In this document: positions 29,251-39,398 of the stretch, in pieces
Layout of the letters: each line of letters starts with the position of its first letter
How positions within the stretch are numbered: the stretch's first letter is position 1
From: an uncultured Chloroflexia bacterium
GTDB lineage: Bacteria > Chloroflexota > Chloroflexia > QHBQ01 > JADMIH01
Length of the DNA: 64,000 nt
Direction: 5' to 3'
Assembly (NCBI GenBank): GCA_963797095.1
Contig: CAWCNY010000002.1
Location: 288,001-352,000, forward strand
Notes under the pieces: generated by a model
The model's input: the letters and a program-made list of their open reading frames with translations, nothing else
What the model was told of the DNA's origin: nothing
The model's database searches: none
Program-made: the position numbers and the translations under genes

Positions 29251-30714
29251 CTAGATCACTCCCATACATTCGTGGCTATCCCCACATTCATAGTAAGGGT
29301 TGGTGAGAGTAGGATCGGGCGCAGGCTCAGGGCTTGGGAGAGCCGAAGCGGGTAGTTTCCAGGCGTTGAGGAATGCCCCTGACATCCAATAGACTGTTCC
29401 GGCTGATATGGCAGGTCCGCTGAACGTGACTCCACTGTTGGGGGGAGTGATCGTGCGAACCATTTCGCCTGTAGATGCGTCCAGGATGACAAGGTAGTTG
29501 TCGGTGTTGGCAAAGATAAGGCCGTTCGCGATGGCGAAACTGCCGTGCAATTCGCCAAATGGAGGCTGCACCCAGATTCCGCTACCGTCAGTAGGGTTCA
29601 GGCCGAACGTACCCTGTCTCGTGCCTATTACCAGAATGCCTCCATCTCCATATTCAGGGTCATAGGCAGCCAGCATCCCCACATTCGGGCCAGGGGTCCA
29701 ACTCCACAGTGGCCCTGCCGATAGATCATGGGCATCGTAAGCATAAAACGTGCCGTTCTTCTGACCCGCTCCCACCATCGAGCGCCTGCTGCTGTCACGG
29801 AATAGAATGGGGGTTGTTGCCCAATCCAGGTCTTCGTTGGGTACCCCCTGCCGGTCAGCGTCTCGTATTTCCAGTGTATTGGCGTCCATAGCCAGCAGGG
29901 CGCGTGTATAGGGGCCGTCGAAGCCCCCATTGTCCTCACCTGTCGCTACGTACAGAGTGCTGCCGTCTTCGCTGAGAGCCGGGGAGTTCCAGACATCCCC
30001 GCCTGTCTCCCCTTCCGGCACTATGAACCCGCTGGTTACGTGCTCGCCTGTGACAGCATTCAACTCGCGCACCTCGCCGCGCGTGGCGGGGTTGTCGCAA
30101 TCGGAGGCTACACCCACGTAAGTGCGCCCGTTGGCGATCAGGGGCGAGACCCATGCGAACCCGCTTGGCCCGGCGTCGAGAGGGTTGCGCCACAATATCG
30201 ACCCATCGCTCGCGTTGATCCCATAATAGGCCGAGTCTCCCCCGCCCATGATCAATTCGTTGTCTGAGAAGGCAGGCGTTGAGCCGATCCCCACGCCGAA
30301 ACACTCTTCCGCGTTATATCCTATGAACGCGCTCCATTTTGCGGTGCCGCTCTCAGCGTCCAGTGCAAAGAGGTTGTTGGCGTTGGAAACGCTGCTGGCG
30401 ACATATACGGTGTTCCCAACAACTACAGGTGCGCTGAATGCAGGTTTGCCCCTGTCGCCCATGCCGACATTGACCTGCCATGCCTGCTCTAGCTGGTCTA
30501 TGTTGTCTGCGCTGATGGCCTTCTCATCGGGGGCGTAGCTGGTGCGCTGCGGGTCGTGGCCGTACATCGGCCAGTCTCCAACCTGGGGTGAGCTAGCACT
30601 TACAGCCACAGCATTATGCGAGGTAGCCCCAACTGCTACAGCAAAGATCATCAAGAGGAAAATGGCAACGCGTATTGGCAGAGAATGTGGGTGGGTGATC
30701 ATGGCGGGCCTCAT
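29251..30714 (-). CDS. Secreted PQQ-binding-like beta-propeller protein
   Basis: Signal peptide; DWPMYGHD, ALDAESG, GGDVWNSPA, DLDW. Confidence 0.82.
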   Translation of the reverse strand: MRPAMITHPHSLPIRVAIFLLMIFAVAVGATSHNAVAVSASSPQVGDWPMYGHDPQRTSYAPDEKAISADNIDQLEQAWQVNVGMGDRGKPAFSAPVVVGNTVYVASSVSNANNLFALDAESGTAKWSAFIGYNAEECFGVGIGSTPAFSDNELIMGGGDSAYYGINASDGSILWRNPLDAGPSGFAWVSPLIANGRTYVGVASDCDNPATRGEVRELNAVTGEHVTSGFIVPEGETGGDVWNSPALSEDGSTLYVATGEDNGGFDGPYTRALLAMDANTLEIRDADRQGVPNEDLDWATTPILFRDSSRRSMVGAGQKNGTFYAYDAHDLSAGPLWSWTPGPNVGMLAAYDPEYGDGGILVIGTRQGTFGLNPTDGSGIWVQPPFGELHGSFAIANGLIFANTDNYLVILDASTGEMVRTITPPNSGVTFSGPAISAGTVYWMSGAFLNAWKLPASALPSPEPAPDPTLTNPYYECGDSHECMGVI

Positions 30715-31074
30715 CCGGTCGTGATATAGGGACGCAACTATCGCGCTATGCGGCTTCGCGCAAGGCTTTTATCGTGAGGAATTATTGGCTTGGGACGATG
30801 GCCCGTGGGTTCCGGGCACACGCGTGATAGACCAATATCGTCTATCATCCAACGTTCGTCCAACTCTACCAGGGCATGGGAGACTATATATGGGACATAT
30901 TAGGTGAATGCAGCCCACGTGTCAAATCTTTTGGCAGTCGGTGGTTGCGAGCACGCGAACGTTCAGCACCTTGCTCCCCCAACTCCATATATGATAAACT
31001 CACCAGGGCTTACAACACCAACCAGGAACCAGGAATAAACGTCCAAACCTAACATCCTCCGACTACCAACTACG

Positions 31075-32037
31075 ATGCAATCCGACCTCACAACTAATCT
31101 CACCGCCTGGGCGTTCGCACTGTTTGTCTACCCGGGCTTCCTCTTCGCGCTAGCCCTTGCGCTGGTAGGCGTATGGCTGGCGGGCGTCCTCCACCCCTTG
31201 TTCACCCCCAGGCTTTATAGAGGCCGCGCGCGTGTAGGTGGTTTGCTCGACCCCCTTTTGACCCTCCTCAAGCTCCTCGCCCGCAAGGATGCTGTGCGCT
31301 GGCAGGCCCCTACCTCAAGTACAAGCGGCGATACATCCCTGTCACCACACCCCGCCGAGAGTATGCTCACGCTTGTGGGCGCGATAGCCCCTCTCCTCGC
31401 CCTTACGCTCATGCCTGTAACCGGCAACCCGGTGATCCAGGTACTGGGCGTGCATGGCGACCTCTTCCTTGTACTTGCACTTCTTGCCGCCTATCCGCTC
31501 GCATCGGCTGCGGCCCAGGCGCGCGGTGCAAGCCTTTCCGCCTTTGACGGTGCGCAAGCAGCTGGAGCCCTCATTACCGGCCTTATCCCCACCCTCATCC
31601 TAGTAGCGGCTCTGGTGCAAGTAGCAAGCGCACCCAGTCTCAATTTAGACGGCCTCCTCGCTGCCCCTCAGACGCCGGAACAGACTTTCGTTCGCCTACT
31701 GGCAGGGATGGGTTTGCTGGTGGCCCTTCCCTGGTGGCTAGGTCGCAGACCTTCCCACCATACTAATAGCGGGATGGGCGTGGGTATGCTGGCTGGCGGG
31801 CTCTTCCAGAGCGCCGCCCTGTCCGTACTCTGGTCCATCCTCGTCCTGCCTACTACCGACGATATCTCCTGGTCCTTGGTCATTCTGGTCGCCGGTGCGC
31901 TCTTCGCCCTTGTTGCTATGCGCTTGATAGGCGATAGGTGGTGGCCCACCCGCCGCACAGCAGATGCCGCCAACCTCGTTTGGGCGGCCACCCTCCCTGT
32001 GGCCGCCCTGGCCCTTGTTCTCTCCCTGATACAGTAG
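31075..32037 (+). CDS. Multi-pass membrane protein, distant NuoH/HyfC-like
   Basis: N-terminal FVYPGFLF...LLDPLLTLLKLLARKD resembles NuoH/HyfC; PFD/EAE motifs absent. Confidence 0.5.
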   Translation: MQSDLTTNLTAWAFALFVYPGFLFALALALVGVWLAGVLHPLFTPRLYRGRARVGGLLDPLLTLLKLLARKDAVRWQAPTSSTSGDTSLSPHPAESMLTLVGAIAPLLALTLMPVTGNPVIQVLGVHGDLFLVLALLAAYPLASAAAQARGASLSAFDGAQAAGALITGLIPTLILVAALVQVASAPSLNLDGLLAAPQTPEQTFVRLLAGMGLLVALPWWLGRRPSHHTNSGMGVGMLAGGLFQSAALSVLWSILVLPTTDDISWSLVILVAGALFALVAMRLIGDRWWPTRRTADAANLVWAATLPVAALALVLSLIQ

Positions 32038-32085
32038 AATAGAATCGAACTCTGATACGCAATAAGCAGTACGAACTAAGCAATA

Positions 32086-32949
32086 ATGAAACTCGCCATC
32101 ACAGGCACAAGAGGCACCCTGGGTCAGGCCCTGGTCAGACAGTCTACAGCCGCCGGGCATACTATCCTCCATCTCAATCGCCCACAGTGCGACATCACAG
32201 ACCACGACGCGGTGTTGCGCCAGGTGCTCGACTTCTCACCCCATACTCTTATACATCCTGCCGCCTACACTAATGTAGACGGCGCTGAAAGCAACCCCAC
32301 CGAAGCCTTCGCCGTCAACGCCCTCGGCACGCGCAACCTGGCCCTGGCCTGCGTGGCAACGGGCGCGCAGATGATCTATGTCAGCACCAACATGGTCTTC
32401 TGGGCCGACGAGCCTCGCCCGCCCTTCAACGAATGGGACCCCCGCACGCCCAGGGGTGCTTACGCTACCTCCAAGTACGCCGGAGAGCAATATGTAGAAC
32501 ACCTGATGCAGCGCTTCTACATCGCCCGCGTCTCCTGGCTCTACGGCAAGCAGGGTGATAGCTTCGTCCACAAGATCGTGCGCGCCGCCGACGCTCGCGG
32601 CTCCCTCGGCGTGGTGGCCGACGAAATCGCCACCCCAACCTACGCCGAAGACCTGGCTGTGGCCCTCCTCCAACTGATGGACACCGGCCTCTACGGTTGG
32701 TACCACCTGCCCAACGAGGGCGAATGCTCGCGCTACGAATACGCCCAGGAGATCATGCACCTCACGAACAGGGCACATATCCCTATAGAACCAACAAAGC
32801 TGGCCGACTACAAGCGCCCGGCCCCCACCGCCCCCTACTCCACTCTCAAGAATAACATCGCTGCCCACGCCGGGATCGTACTTCGTCCCTGGCAAGATGC
32901 ATTGGCTGACTATCTTGCCTCAATTGAGAGCGTAGGTACGCCCGGTTAG
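32086..32949 (+). CDS. rfbD: dTDP-4-dehydrorhamnose reductase
   Basis: GTRGTLG, AAYTNVDGAE, YATSKYAGE, PTYAEDLA. Confidence 0.92.
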   Translation: MKLAITGTRGTLGQALVRQSTAAGHTILHLNRPQCDITDHDAVLRQVLDFSPHTLIHPAAYTNVDGAESNPTEAFAVNALGTRNLALACVATGAQMIYVSTNMVFWADEPRPPFNEWDPRTPRGAYATSKYAGEQYVEHLMQRFYIARVSWLYGKQGDSFVHKIVRAADARGSLGVVADEIATPTYAEDLAVALLQLMDTGLYGWYHLPNEGECSRYEYAQEIMHLTNRAHIPIEPTKLADYKRPAPTAPYSTLKNNIAAHAGIVLRPWQDALADYLASIESVGTPG

Positions 32950-32951
32950 CT

Positions 32952-33956
32952 ATGCTCCCAAGAGTCTCCGTTATAGTACCGACGCACAATGGCGCGCACC
33001 TTCTCCCTGAGTGTCTCGAAGCCCTCTGGAACCAACATTACCGCGACTTCGAGCTAATAGTGGTCGATGATGCCTCCGCCGACAACACCTACGATCTCCT
33101 TCTTGGCTACCCTGAAGTAAAGAAACTGGTTCGTCTCAGGGGCGGGCATGGACACGGCTTCGTCGCCGCCGTCAACGCCGGGCTGGACGAAGTCGAAGGT
33201 GAGATCGTGGTCCTGCTCAACAACGACGCCGTACCCGATCCCGATTGGCTCAGCAACCTGATAAGTGCTCTAGACCGCCACCCCTGGGCGGGCATGGCCG
33301 CCAGCTGTCTCATGCTCTACGACCAACCCGACCATTTCCACTCCACCGGCGACTACTACGGTCTCGATGGTATGCCCAACAGCCGGGGCGTGTGGCAGCC
33401 CGACCGTGGGCAATATGACCGTGAAGAAGATGTGTTCGGGCCTTGCGCCGCCGCAGCCGCCTACCGCCGCGAAGTGCTGACTGCCGTCGCCTTAGCGGGC
33501 GGCACCACACCCCCAGGCAACATCCTTGACCCCCAACTCTGGATGTACGGCGAGGATGTGGACCTCAATTTGCGCGCCCGCCTGCTGGGCCACCGCACCG
33601 TCTACGTTCCAACCGCCCGCGTGCGCCACCGCCTCAGTGCTACCGGAGGTGGCGCCCTCGCCTCCTACTATGTGGGCCGCAATCTCATATACCTCATTGC
33701 CAAAGACCTCCCAGCTTCCGTCATCCGGCACAACCTTTTGCTGATCATCAAAGCACAGGCCCGTATCTTGCTGGAAGCATTACGTGCCATAAGGGGAAAA
33801 GCTGCTCGCGCCCGTCTGCGTGGACTCCTTGTAGGCCTCTTCACCTGGCCTCGTGTCCTTCCGGCCCGCAAGCGCGTCATGGCCTCGGTTCGCCTCACCC
33901 CCGCCCAATTCGAAAAGACCCTCAGGCGATTTTACCGGCAATCAAAGCCTCGCTAA
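32952..33956 (+). CDS. Glycosyltransferase family 2 (rhamnosyltransferase-like)
   Basis: VVDDAS, LLNND, YGEDVDL. Confidence 0.9.
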   Translation: MLPRVSVIVPTHNGAHLLPECLEALWNQHYRDFELIVVDDASADNTYDLLLGYPEVKKLVRLRGGHGHGFVAAVNAGLDEVEGEIVVLLNNDAVPDPDWLSNLISALDRHPWAGMAASCLMLYDQPDHFHSTGDYYGLDGMPNSRGVWQPDRGQYDREEDVFGPCAAAAAYRREVLTAVALAGGTTPPGNILDPQLWMYGEDVDLNLRARLLGHRTVYVPTARVRHRLSATGGGALASYYVGRNLIYLIAKDLPASVIRHNLLLIIKAQARILLEALRAIRGKAARARLRGLLVGLFTWPRVLPARKRVMASVRLTPAQFEKTLRRFYRQSKPR

Positions 33957-34032
33957 CGACTTCGGTCTTAGCCCAAATAGCATGATTTATCCGTCTTCAG
34001 ATGTATTATTCACCAACAATTGTGGAAAAGGC

Positions 34033-34061
34033 TTGCACATTTCAAAACTATCCATTATAAT
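34033..34061 (+). promoter_or_regulatory. sigma70 promoter of greA
   Basis: TTGCAC-17-TATAAT. Confidence 0.8.
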
Positions 34062-34083
34062 TATCCGAACTTCACACCTCCCT

Positions 34084-34123
34084 GGCTGAGAGTGACCGTG
34101 AGACGGACATCTCAGTCTTTTTT
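34084..34123 (+). terminator. Intrinsic terminator / attenuator in greA leader
   Basis: GGCTGAGA...TCTCAGTC stem followed by a T-run, between promoter and greA start. Confidence 0.7.
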
Positions 34124-34166
34124 CATCGTAAAGTGACGCTATGGAGCGCCGTAAGAGGGTATTGCT

Positions 34167-34634
34167 ATGGTTACAGATAAGCCTGTCTACCTCACCGCCG
34201 AGGGTAAGGCACAGCTAGAAGAAGAATTGAATCACCTGAAGATGGTGCGCAGGCCCGAAGTTGCCGACCGCATCCAGCAGGCCAAGATGGATGGCGACGT
34301 AAGCGAGAGCGGCGAATACGAAGACGCCAAGAATGAACAGGCCATGGTCGAGGGGCGCATTCGTACCCTTGAGCATATGCTCACCAACGCCCAGATCATC
34401 GAAGAGAAGAAGAGCGATGTGGTCGCGCTTGGCACTCGCGTCAAGATCCGCGATGGTGAAGGCGACGAGTACGAATGGACCATCGTTGGCTCAGCCGAGG
34501 CTAATCCGCGCCAAAACCGCATCTCCAATGAGTTCCCTGTGGGTAAGGCTCTCATGGGTAAAAAGAAAGGCGACAAAGTGAGCGTGGACGCGCCCGGCGG
34601 CACCGAGCAGTTCACGATCCTCAAAGTCGGCTAA
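34167..34634 (+). CDS. greA: Transcription elongation factor GreA
   Basis: LTAEG, GDVSESGEYEDAK, VGKALMGK. Confidence 0.96.
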   Translation: MVTDKPVYLTAEGKAQLEEELNHLKMVRRPEVADRIQQAKMDGDVSESGEYEDAKNEQAMVEGRIRTLEHMLTNAQIIEEKKSDVVALGTRVKIRDGEGDEYEWTIVGSAEANPRQNRISNEFPVGKALMGKKKGDKVSVDAPGGTEQFTILKVG

Positions 34635-34658
34635 ACTCTTCTTGCCAGCGGACTATAT

Positions 34659-34688
34659 AAAAGAACCGGCCCGTTGGCCGGTTCTTTT
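34659..34688 (+). terminator. Terminator hairpin between greA and lysS
   Basis: AAAAGAACCGGCC-CGTT-GGCCGGTTCTTTT. Confidence 0.8.
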
Positions 34689-34703
34689 CATGAGGACACC
34701 CAC

Positions 34704-36245
34704 ATGGACTTTCCACCGGAGCTAGATTTCGGCGACCAGGAGCAGAGCCGCCTCGCCAAGCTTAACCGCCTGCGCGAGATGGGTGTCGATCCCTACGCGC
34801 CTCGTTCCACCCGCACCCATACCGCCCAGGACGCTATCGTTGCTTACGAGCAGTGGGAAGCGTCCCAGAAGCAATCTGAGAACACCGAACAGGTCGACGG
34901 GCAGCCCTCCCCTGTGGGACCGCAGGTCACCGTCGTCGGTAGGCTCCGCCTGCGTCGTACGGGTGGCAAGGTCACTTTCGCCCATCTTGAGGATGAATCG
35001 GGCCGCGTCCAGCTTTTCTTTCGCATCAACGACCTTCAGGAAAAGCCCTGGGACTACGAGGTGGTCAACGATCTGCTTGACCTGGGCGATTTCATCCAGG
35101 CCGATGGCTTCATGTTTCGCACCCGCACCGGCGAAGTCACCCTGCATGTCGAACACTACACCCTCCTCTCGAAGGCCCTCCACCCCCTGCCCGATAAGTA
35201 CCACGGCCTCACCGACACCGAGACCCGCTACCGCCAGCGCTACCTCGACCTGATCGCCAACGAAGAATCGCGTGAAGTATTCCGCACACGTACGCGCATG
35301 ACCGCCTACATGCGCACCTTCCTCGACGCGCGCGGCTTCATGGAGGTCGAAACGCCTGTCCTCCAATCGCTCTATGGCGGCGCGACCGCCCGTCCCTTCA
35401 CCACCCATCACAATGCCCTCGATCAAGACCTATACCTGCGCATCGCCGACGAGCTATACCTCAAGCGCCTTATCGTTGGCGGCTTCGAGCGTGTATACGA
35501 GATCGGACACGACTTCCGCAACGAGGGGATCGATATCAAGCACAACCCCGAGTTCACCATGCTTGAGCTGTATCAGGCCTACGCCGACTACCACACCATG
35601 ATGGACATTCTGGAGGCGATGGTATCGGGCATGCTGCTGGAGATCTACGGCACCTACATGATCACCTACCAGGGCCAGGAGCTTGATTTCACCCCGCCCT
35701 GGCCTCGCTTCGACTGGCGCGCCACCCTCTACAACCAATCGGGCATCCGTCTCGAAGATTATCCCAATACCCAATCCCTTCTCAATATAGCTCGCGAAAA
35801 GGGTGTTGACATAGAAGCTAGTGCCAGCCGAGCCAAGATCCTCGACGAGCTACAGGCCCACTTTATCGAGCCACTGCTCGTCCAGCCCTCTTTCCTGCTC
35901 GATTATCCTACCGAAGTCTCCCCACTCGCCAAGAAGAAGCCGGGCGACCCTGCCGTGGTCGAGCGCTTCGAGGCTTTCGTCTATTCCTTTGAGATCGCCA
36001 ACGCTTTCTCCGAGCTAAACGACCCCCTCGACCAGTACGAGCGATTCAAGGAGCAGGCGGAAGCAGGCCGGGGCGGCGATGAAGAAGCCCACCAGATGGA
36101 CCTCGACTTTGTGTACGCTCTTATGGTGGGTATGCCCCCAACGGGCGGTATGGGCGTCGGCTTTGACCGTCTCGTCATGCTCCTCACCGACAAGTATTCT
36201 ATTAGGGACGTAATACTCTTCCCCCATATGAAGCGGCTGGAATAA
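34704..36245 (+). CDS. lysS: Lysine--tRNA ligase (class II)
   Basis: YRQRYLDL, GGATARPFTTH, FRNEG, HNPEFTM, GMPPTGG. Confidence 0.98.
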   Translation: MDFPPELDFGDQEQSRLAKLNRLREMGVDPYAPRSTRTHTAQDAIVAYEQWEASQKQSENTEQVDGQPSPVGPQVTVVGRLRLRRTGGKVTFAHLEDESGRVQLFFRINDLQEKPWDYEVVNDLLDLGDFIQADGFMFRTRTGEVTLHVEHYTLLSKALHPLPDKYHGLTDTETRYRQRYLDLIANEESREVFRTRTRMTAYMRTFLDARGFMEVETPVLQSLYGGATARPFTTHHNALDQDLYLRIADELYLKRLIVGGFERVYEIGHDFRNEGIDIKHNPEFTMLELYQAYADYHTMMDILEAMVSGMLLEIYGTYMITYQGQELDFTPPWPRFDWRATLYNQSGIRLEDYPNTQSLLNIAREKGVDIEASASRAKILDELQAHFIEPLLVQPSFLLDYPTEVSPLAKKKPGDPAVVERFEAFVYSFEIANAFSELNDPLDQYERFKEQAEAGRGGDEEAHQMDLDFVYALMVGMPPTGGMGVGFDRLVMLLTDKYSIRDVILFPHMKRLE

Positions 36246-36367
36246 GGTCTCCCCTCGGCAACACCATCTGAGCAATTCGCATCTAGCGATTCGTTGACAC
36301 CCATCTGGAGCGGTGCTTTAGTCGATGGACATTAGCAGTTCTCTTGATTATCAATCGAGGCATCCTT

Positions 36368-37582
36368 ATGCAGAGTGACTTGTCCTCAAACGTTTCCCCT
36401 GAAGTCCATACAGCGGATCGTCTATCTGTCCCTGACGACCATATCTTTCCTGAGGTCAAGTGGATCGGTGCGGTGATCGTACCCGTTCTGGTTGCGGCAT
36501 TTGTAATTCTCTACCTATTTACAGATCGCACGGGCGATCTGTTTGCCTGGAACATAACGCCGCAGATGACCCCTCTCCTGATGGGCGCCGGCTATATTGG
36601 TGGTGCTTATTTTTTGGTGCGAGTGGTGTTTGCGAAGCATTGGCACACCATTAGCGCAGGCTTCCTGCCAATCACCGTCTTCACATGGTTTATGCTCTTT
36701 GCCACTCTTCTCCACCTTGACAAGTTCACACCCAACCATCCAGCCTTCTATTTATGGCTGATACTCTATATTATTACAGAAAACCTTGAAAGCCATGCCC
36801 ATTTATGGGCTGTGGTTCGGCTGATAAAAGGTTGCTCATAGTCTCTCCTTTGTCGCATAATTGAAGTAACGTGGAAGCTAACCAATGCTACACGCCACTA
36901 TTGCCTTCGGGTAGTAGTCCGCACTTTGATAATGCAAGATGTTAGCGGGTTGTTGCACGAAACCCTTGTGCAGCGTAAAAGCATCTTAGGTGTCTCCTAT
37001 AGTGCAACCTTAATGGCATATGGATGAGTATGCATCGGTGCAAAACCGTAGAAGCTGCTGGCGTTTACGCCATGCGGAGTCATCACTCCCATTTTGATCC
37101 CATTCCTCTGGATCCGCAACAGTGTGACTGATCCCCACATAATATCGACCGGGGACCTGATTGTGCCTGTGGTGGCACGTACAATCGCGAGCACACTAGG
37201 CATAGTGTTGCTTGTTGCCTCAGTAATCTTCTTTATACTACCCTTCTTTGGGTCGGGTGTGCTTGACGTGTGGGCTTGGAAAGTCTCACCGCTTACTCTG
37301 CAAGTGTTGGCAGGCTGGAGCGCGCTTACGGCTAGCTCAGGTATCGTACTCGGTCGCGAGTTGCGATGGAGCGCATGGAAGATACTGCTGGAGGGTCAGT
37401 TTGTCGCATTGACTTTGATGCTGCTCGGTGCGGTGCGCACCTGGTCAGACTATAAACTCGAAAGTCCTGCGACCTGGCTTTTTCTGGGAGCTCTTTCACT
37501 TATTCTGATCGGCAACATCATTCTCTATTCCACAATGCAATCTCGCAGTCGTCAGGGGCTTCAATCATCAATTCCTGAATAG
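36368..37582 (+). pseudogene. Membrane protein gene interrupted by a 309-bp IS200/IS605-type mini-element
   Basis: Removing 36778-37086 restores ...LYIIT PILIPFLW...; both halves carry repeated AW..SPLT-like motifs. Confidence 0.8.
36778..37086 (+). mobile_element. Non-autonomous IS200/IS605-family element (PATE-like) with probable omega/reRNA
   Basis: Follows TTAC, ends TCAC, no TSD; subterminal hairpins GCCCATTTATGGGC and TGGCGTTTACGCCA; internal promoter and UUCG hairpin. Confidence 0.75.
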
Positions 37583-37702
37583 AGCGATAGTTTCAGAATA
37601 GCATTGTCGTATGCCAGTGTCTTTGCCTGGCCTGATTCTTGCATAACCTCTCGGCGCATCGTTATCTTTCTGCCCAATGCTGCTGTTACACAGAAATGCT
37701 GA

Positions 37703-38761
37703 ATGGAGTCGCCAGAGATGGCCCAGACAATTGAGCGGCTGGATATGCAAGCCCATCACCCAAATACCTCATCGGATGCTCACTATATACCCAGCACTAC
37801 CCACTCCTCACTCGATAACATCCCTCCCGGTACTCCTGTACACGTCATAGTCAATCCCACCTCAGGCAAGAAAGGTGGTTTTACGGTCAACGCGGCAGGC
37901 GCACAGGAGGTGCGGGTGGCCCTCGAAGCAGCCGGTATTGAGGCTGAAATCTGCGAGACCGAGTACGAAGGCCATGCCACTCTGCTTGCGGAAGAGGCCT
38001 TACGCGATGGCTATCGAATCGTTGTGGCCTGTGGAGGCGATGGCACTGTGGCTGAGGTTGCCAAGGGACTGATCGGCAAAAAGCATGCTACCCTGGGCAT
38101 CTTGCCGGTGGGCAGCGCCAACAACGTGGCCCGCATGACCGGTGTGCCTTTCGCGCTGGCAGATGCTGCTCGCAACCTACGCACAGGTGCAATCAAGGCC
38201 ATAGATGTCGGCAAATGCAACGGCGAGTATTTCCTGGAAACCGCCGGCATCGGCCTGGATGCCGCCCTCTTCCCCATCCTGAACAAGGTAGATAGGGGCG
38301 AATACATCCACCTCTGGGACGCCCTTACAACCCTCTTCAGGTTCCGCCAGCGCAGCGTTACACTGGTACTGGACAAACGAGCCGTGCGCCTCAAGGCCCT
38401 GGTGGTTCTCGTCGCCAACGGGCCCTACTGGGGATACTCTCTCCCTCTAGCGCCCAACGCCAGGGTAGACGACCGCCGCTTCGACGTAGTGGTCTTCCGC
38501 AACTTCAGTAAGACCGACTTCATACGTCACGTACTCGTCGCTCTCTTCCACCGGGGCCAAACCCGCGATCGCCGGGGCGCTGAGCTAGCTTTCACCCACC
38601 ACCCCAAGCTTCGCCTCTACAAAGCAAAACGCGTGCAGGTGCTAACCCACGGCCGCCGAGGCCCCTGGCCCGTCCACGCCGACTCCATCCCAAGAGGCCA
38701 CACCCCCGCCCTCATAGAACTGGTCCCCTCAGCCCTGAATGTAATAACAGGAGTAACGTGA
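37703..38761 (+). CDS. Diacylglycerol kinase family lipid kinase (YegS/DagK-like)
   Basis: IVNPTSG, GGDGT, LPVGSANN, NGPYWG. Confidence 0.92.
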   Translation: MESPEMAQTIERLDMQAHHPNTSSDAHYIPSTTHSSLDNIPPGTPVHVIVNPTSGKKGGFTVNAAGAQEVRVALEAAGIEAEICETEYEGHATLLAEEALRDGYRIVVACGGDGTVAEVAKGLIGKKHATLGILPVGSANNVARMTGVPFALADAARNLRTGAIKAIDVGKCNGEYFLETAGIGLDAALFPILNKVDRGEYIHLWDALTTLFRFRQRSVTLVLDKRAVRLKALVVLVANGPYWGYSLPLAPNARVDDRRFDVVVFRNFSKTDFIRHVLVALFHRGQTRDRRGAELAFTHHPKLRLYKAKRVQVLTHGRRGPWPVHADSIPRGHTPALIELVPSALNVITGVT

Positions 38762-38808
38762 TACGCAGCCCAATATACACTTGTCACTCGCCACTCATCC
38801 TCCCTACT

Positions 38809-39294
38809 CTACAACGCCCGCCTCTCGAATTTACCGCCTATGATCAGATACTTGAACCGCTTGCCCATCAATACCATTACGGCTCCTACCAGACCGTAGA
38901 TGATGCTGGCGAAGAACCACACTGCGAACACTCCCAGCCCGATAATCACCCACCCTGCCAGGCTGCCTCCTTCTCCACGCGCTATCTGAACAATTGCAAA
39001 CCCTCCACCCACTCCCAGTACAGTTACCCCCACAATATTGATCAGCAGCACCAGGCATTGGTAGCACCCAGCCTGCTCCGAATGAAACCGCACCTCCGGA
39101 GATCGCTTGGAGTAGAGCCAGATCACCCCCGCAATCGCCAGCGACATCAAAAGCCCGATCCCGAAAAAGCCGAAAGCGATTGCCCCATGTGCCAGCGCCG
39201 AAAGTGCCCTCTCGGTGCTCTTATCGGCGATTTGCATGGCAGGGGCTAGCTGTTGGGTTTGGTTGGGCTGGGGCGGGCGATAGGTAGACTGCAT
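38809..39294 (-). CDS. DUF4870 family membrane protein
   Basis: ERALSALAH, VRFHSEQA, GKRFKYLIIG. Confidence 0.8.
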   Translation of the reverse strand: MQSTYRPPQPNQTQQLAPAMQIADKSTERALSALAHGAIAFGFFGIGLLMSLAIAGVIWLYSKRSPEVRFHSEQAGCYQCLVLLINIVGVTVLGVGGGFAIVQIARGEGGSLAGWVIIGLGVFAVWFFASIIYGLVGAVMVLMGKRFKYLIIGGKFERRAL

Positions 39295-39398
39295 ATGTGT
39301 CTCTATTTAGATATTGATCTTAAATCACTCGTCGGCCTTATAGTGTGTATCTCAAACATTACAATATCGTTGGATGCTAACCCGTAGTGTCATACTAT

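Noticed and set aside
33985-34070. DnaA boxes / oriC
   Set aside because: Only mismatched TTATCCACA-like words, no dnaA/dnaN nearby; the region is explained by the greA promoter
36778-37086. Group I intron / IStron
   Set aside because: No frame-restoring junction gives both a 5' exon ending in U and a terminal G; the ends fit IS605 (TTAC / TCAC)
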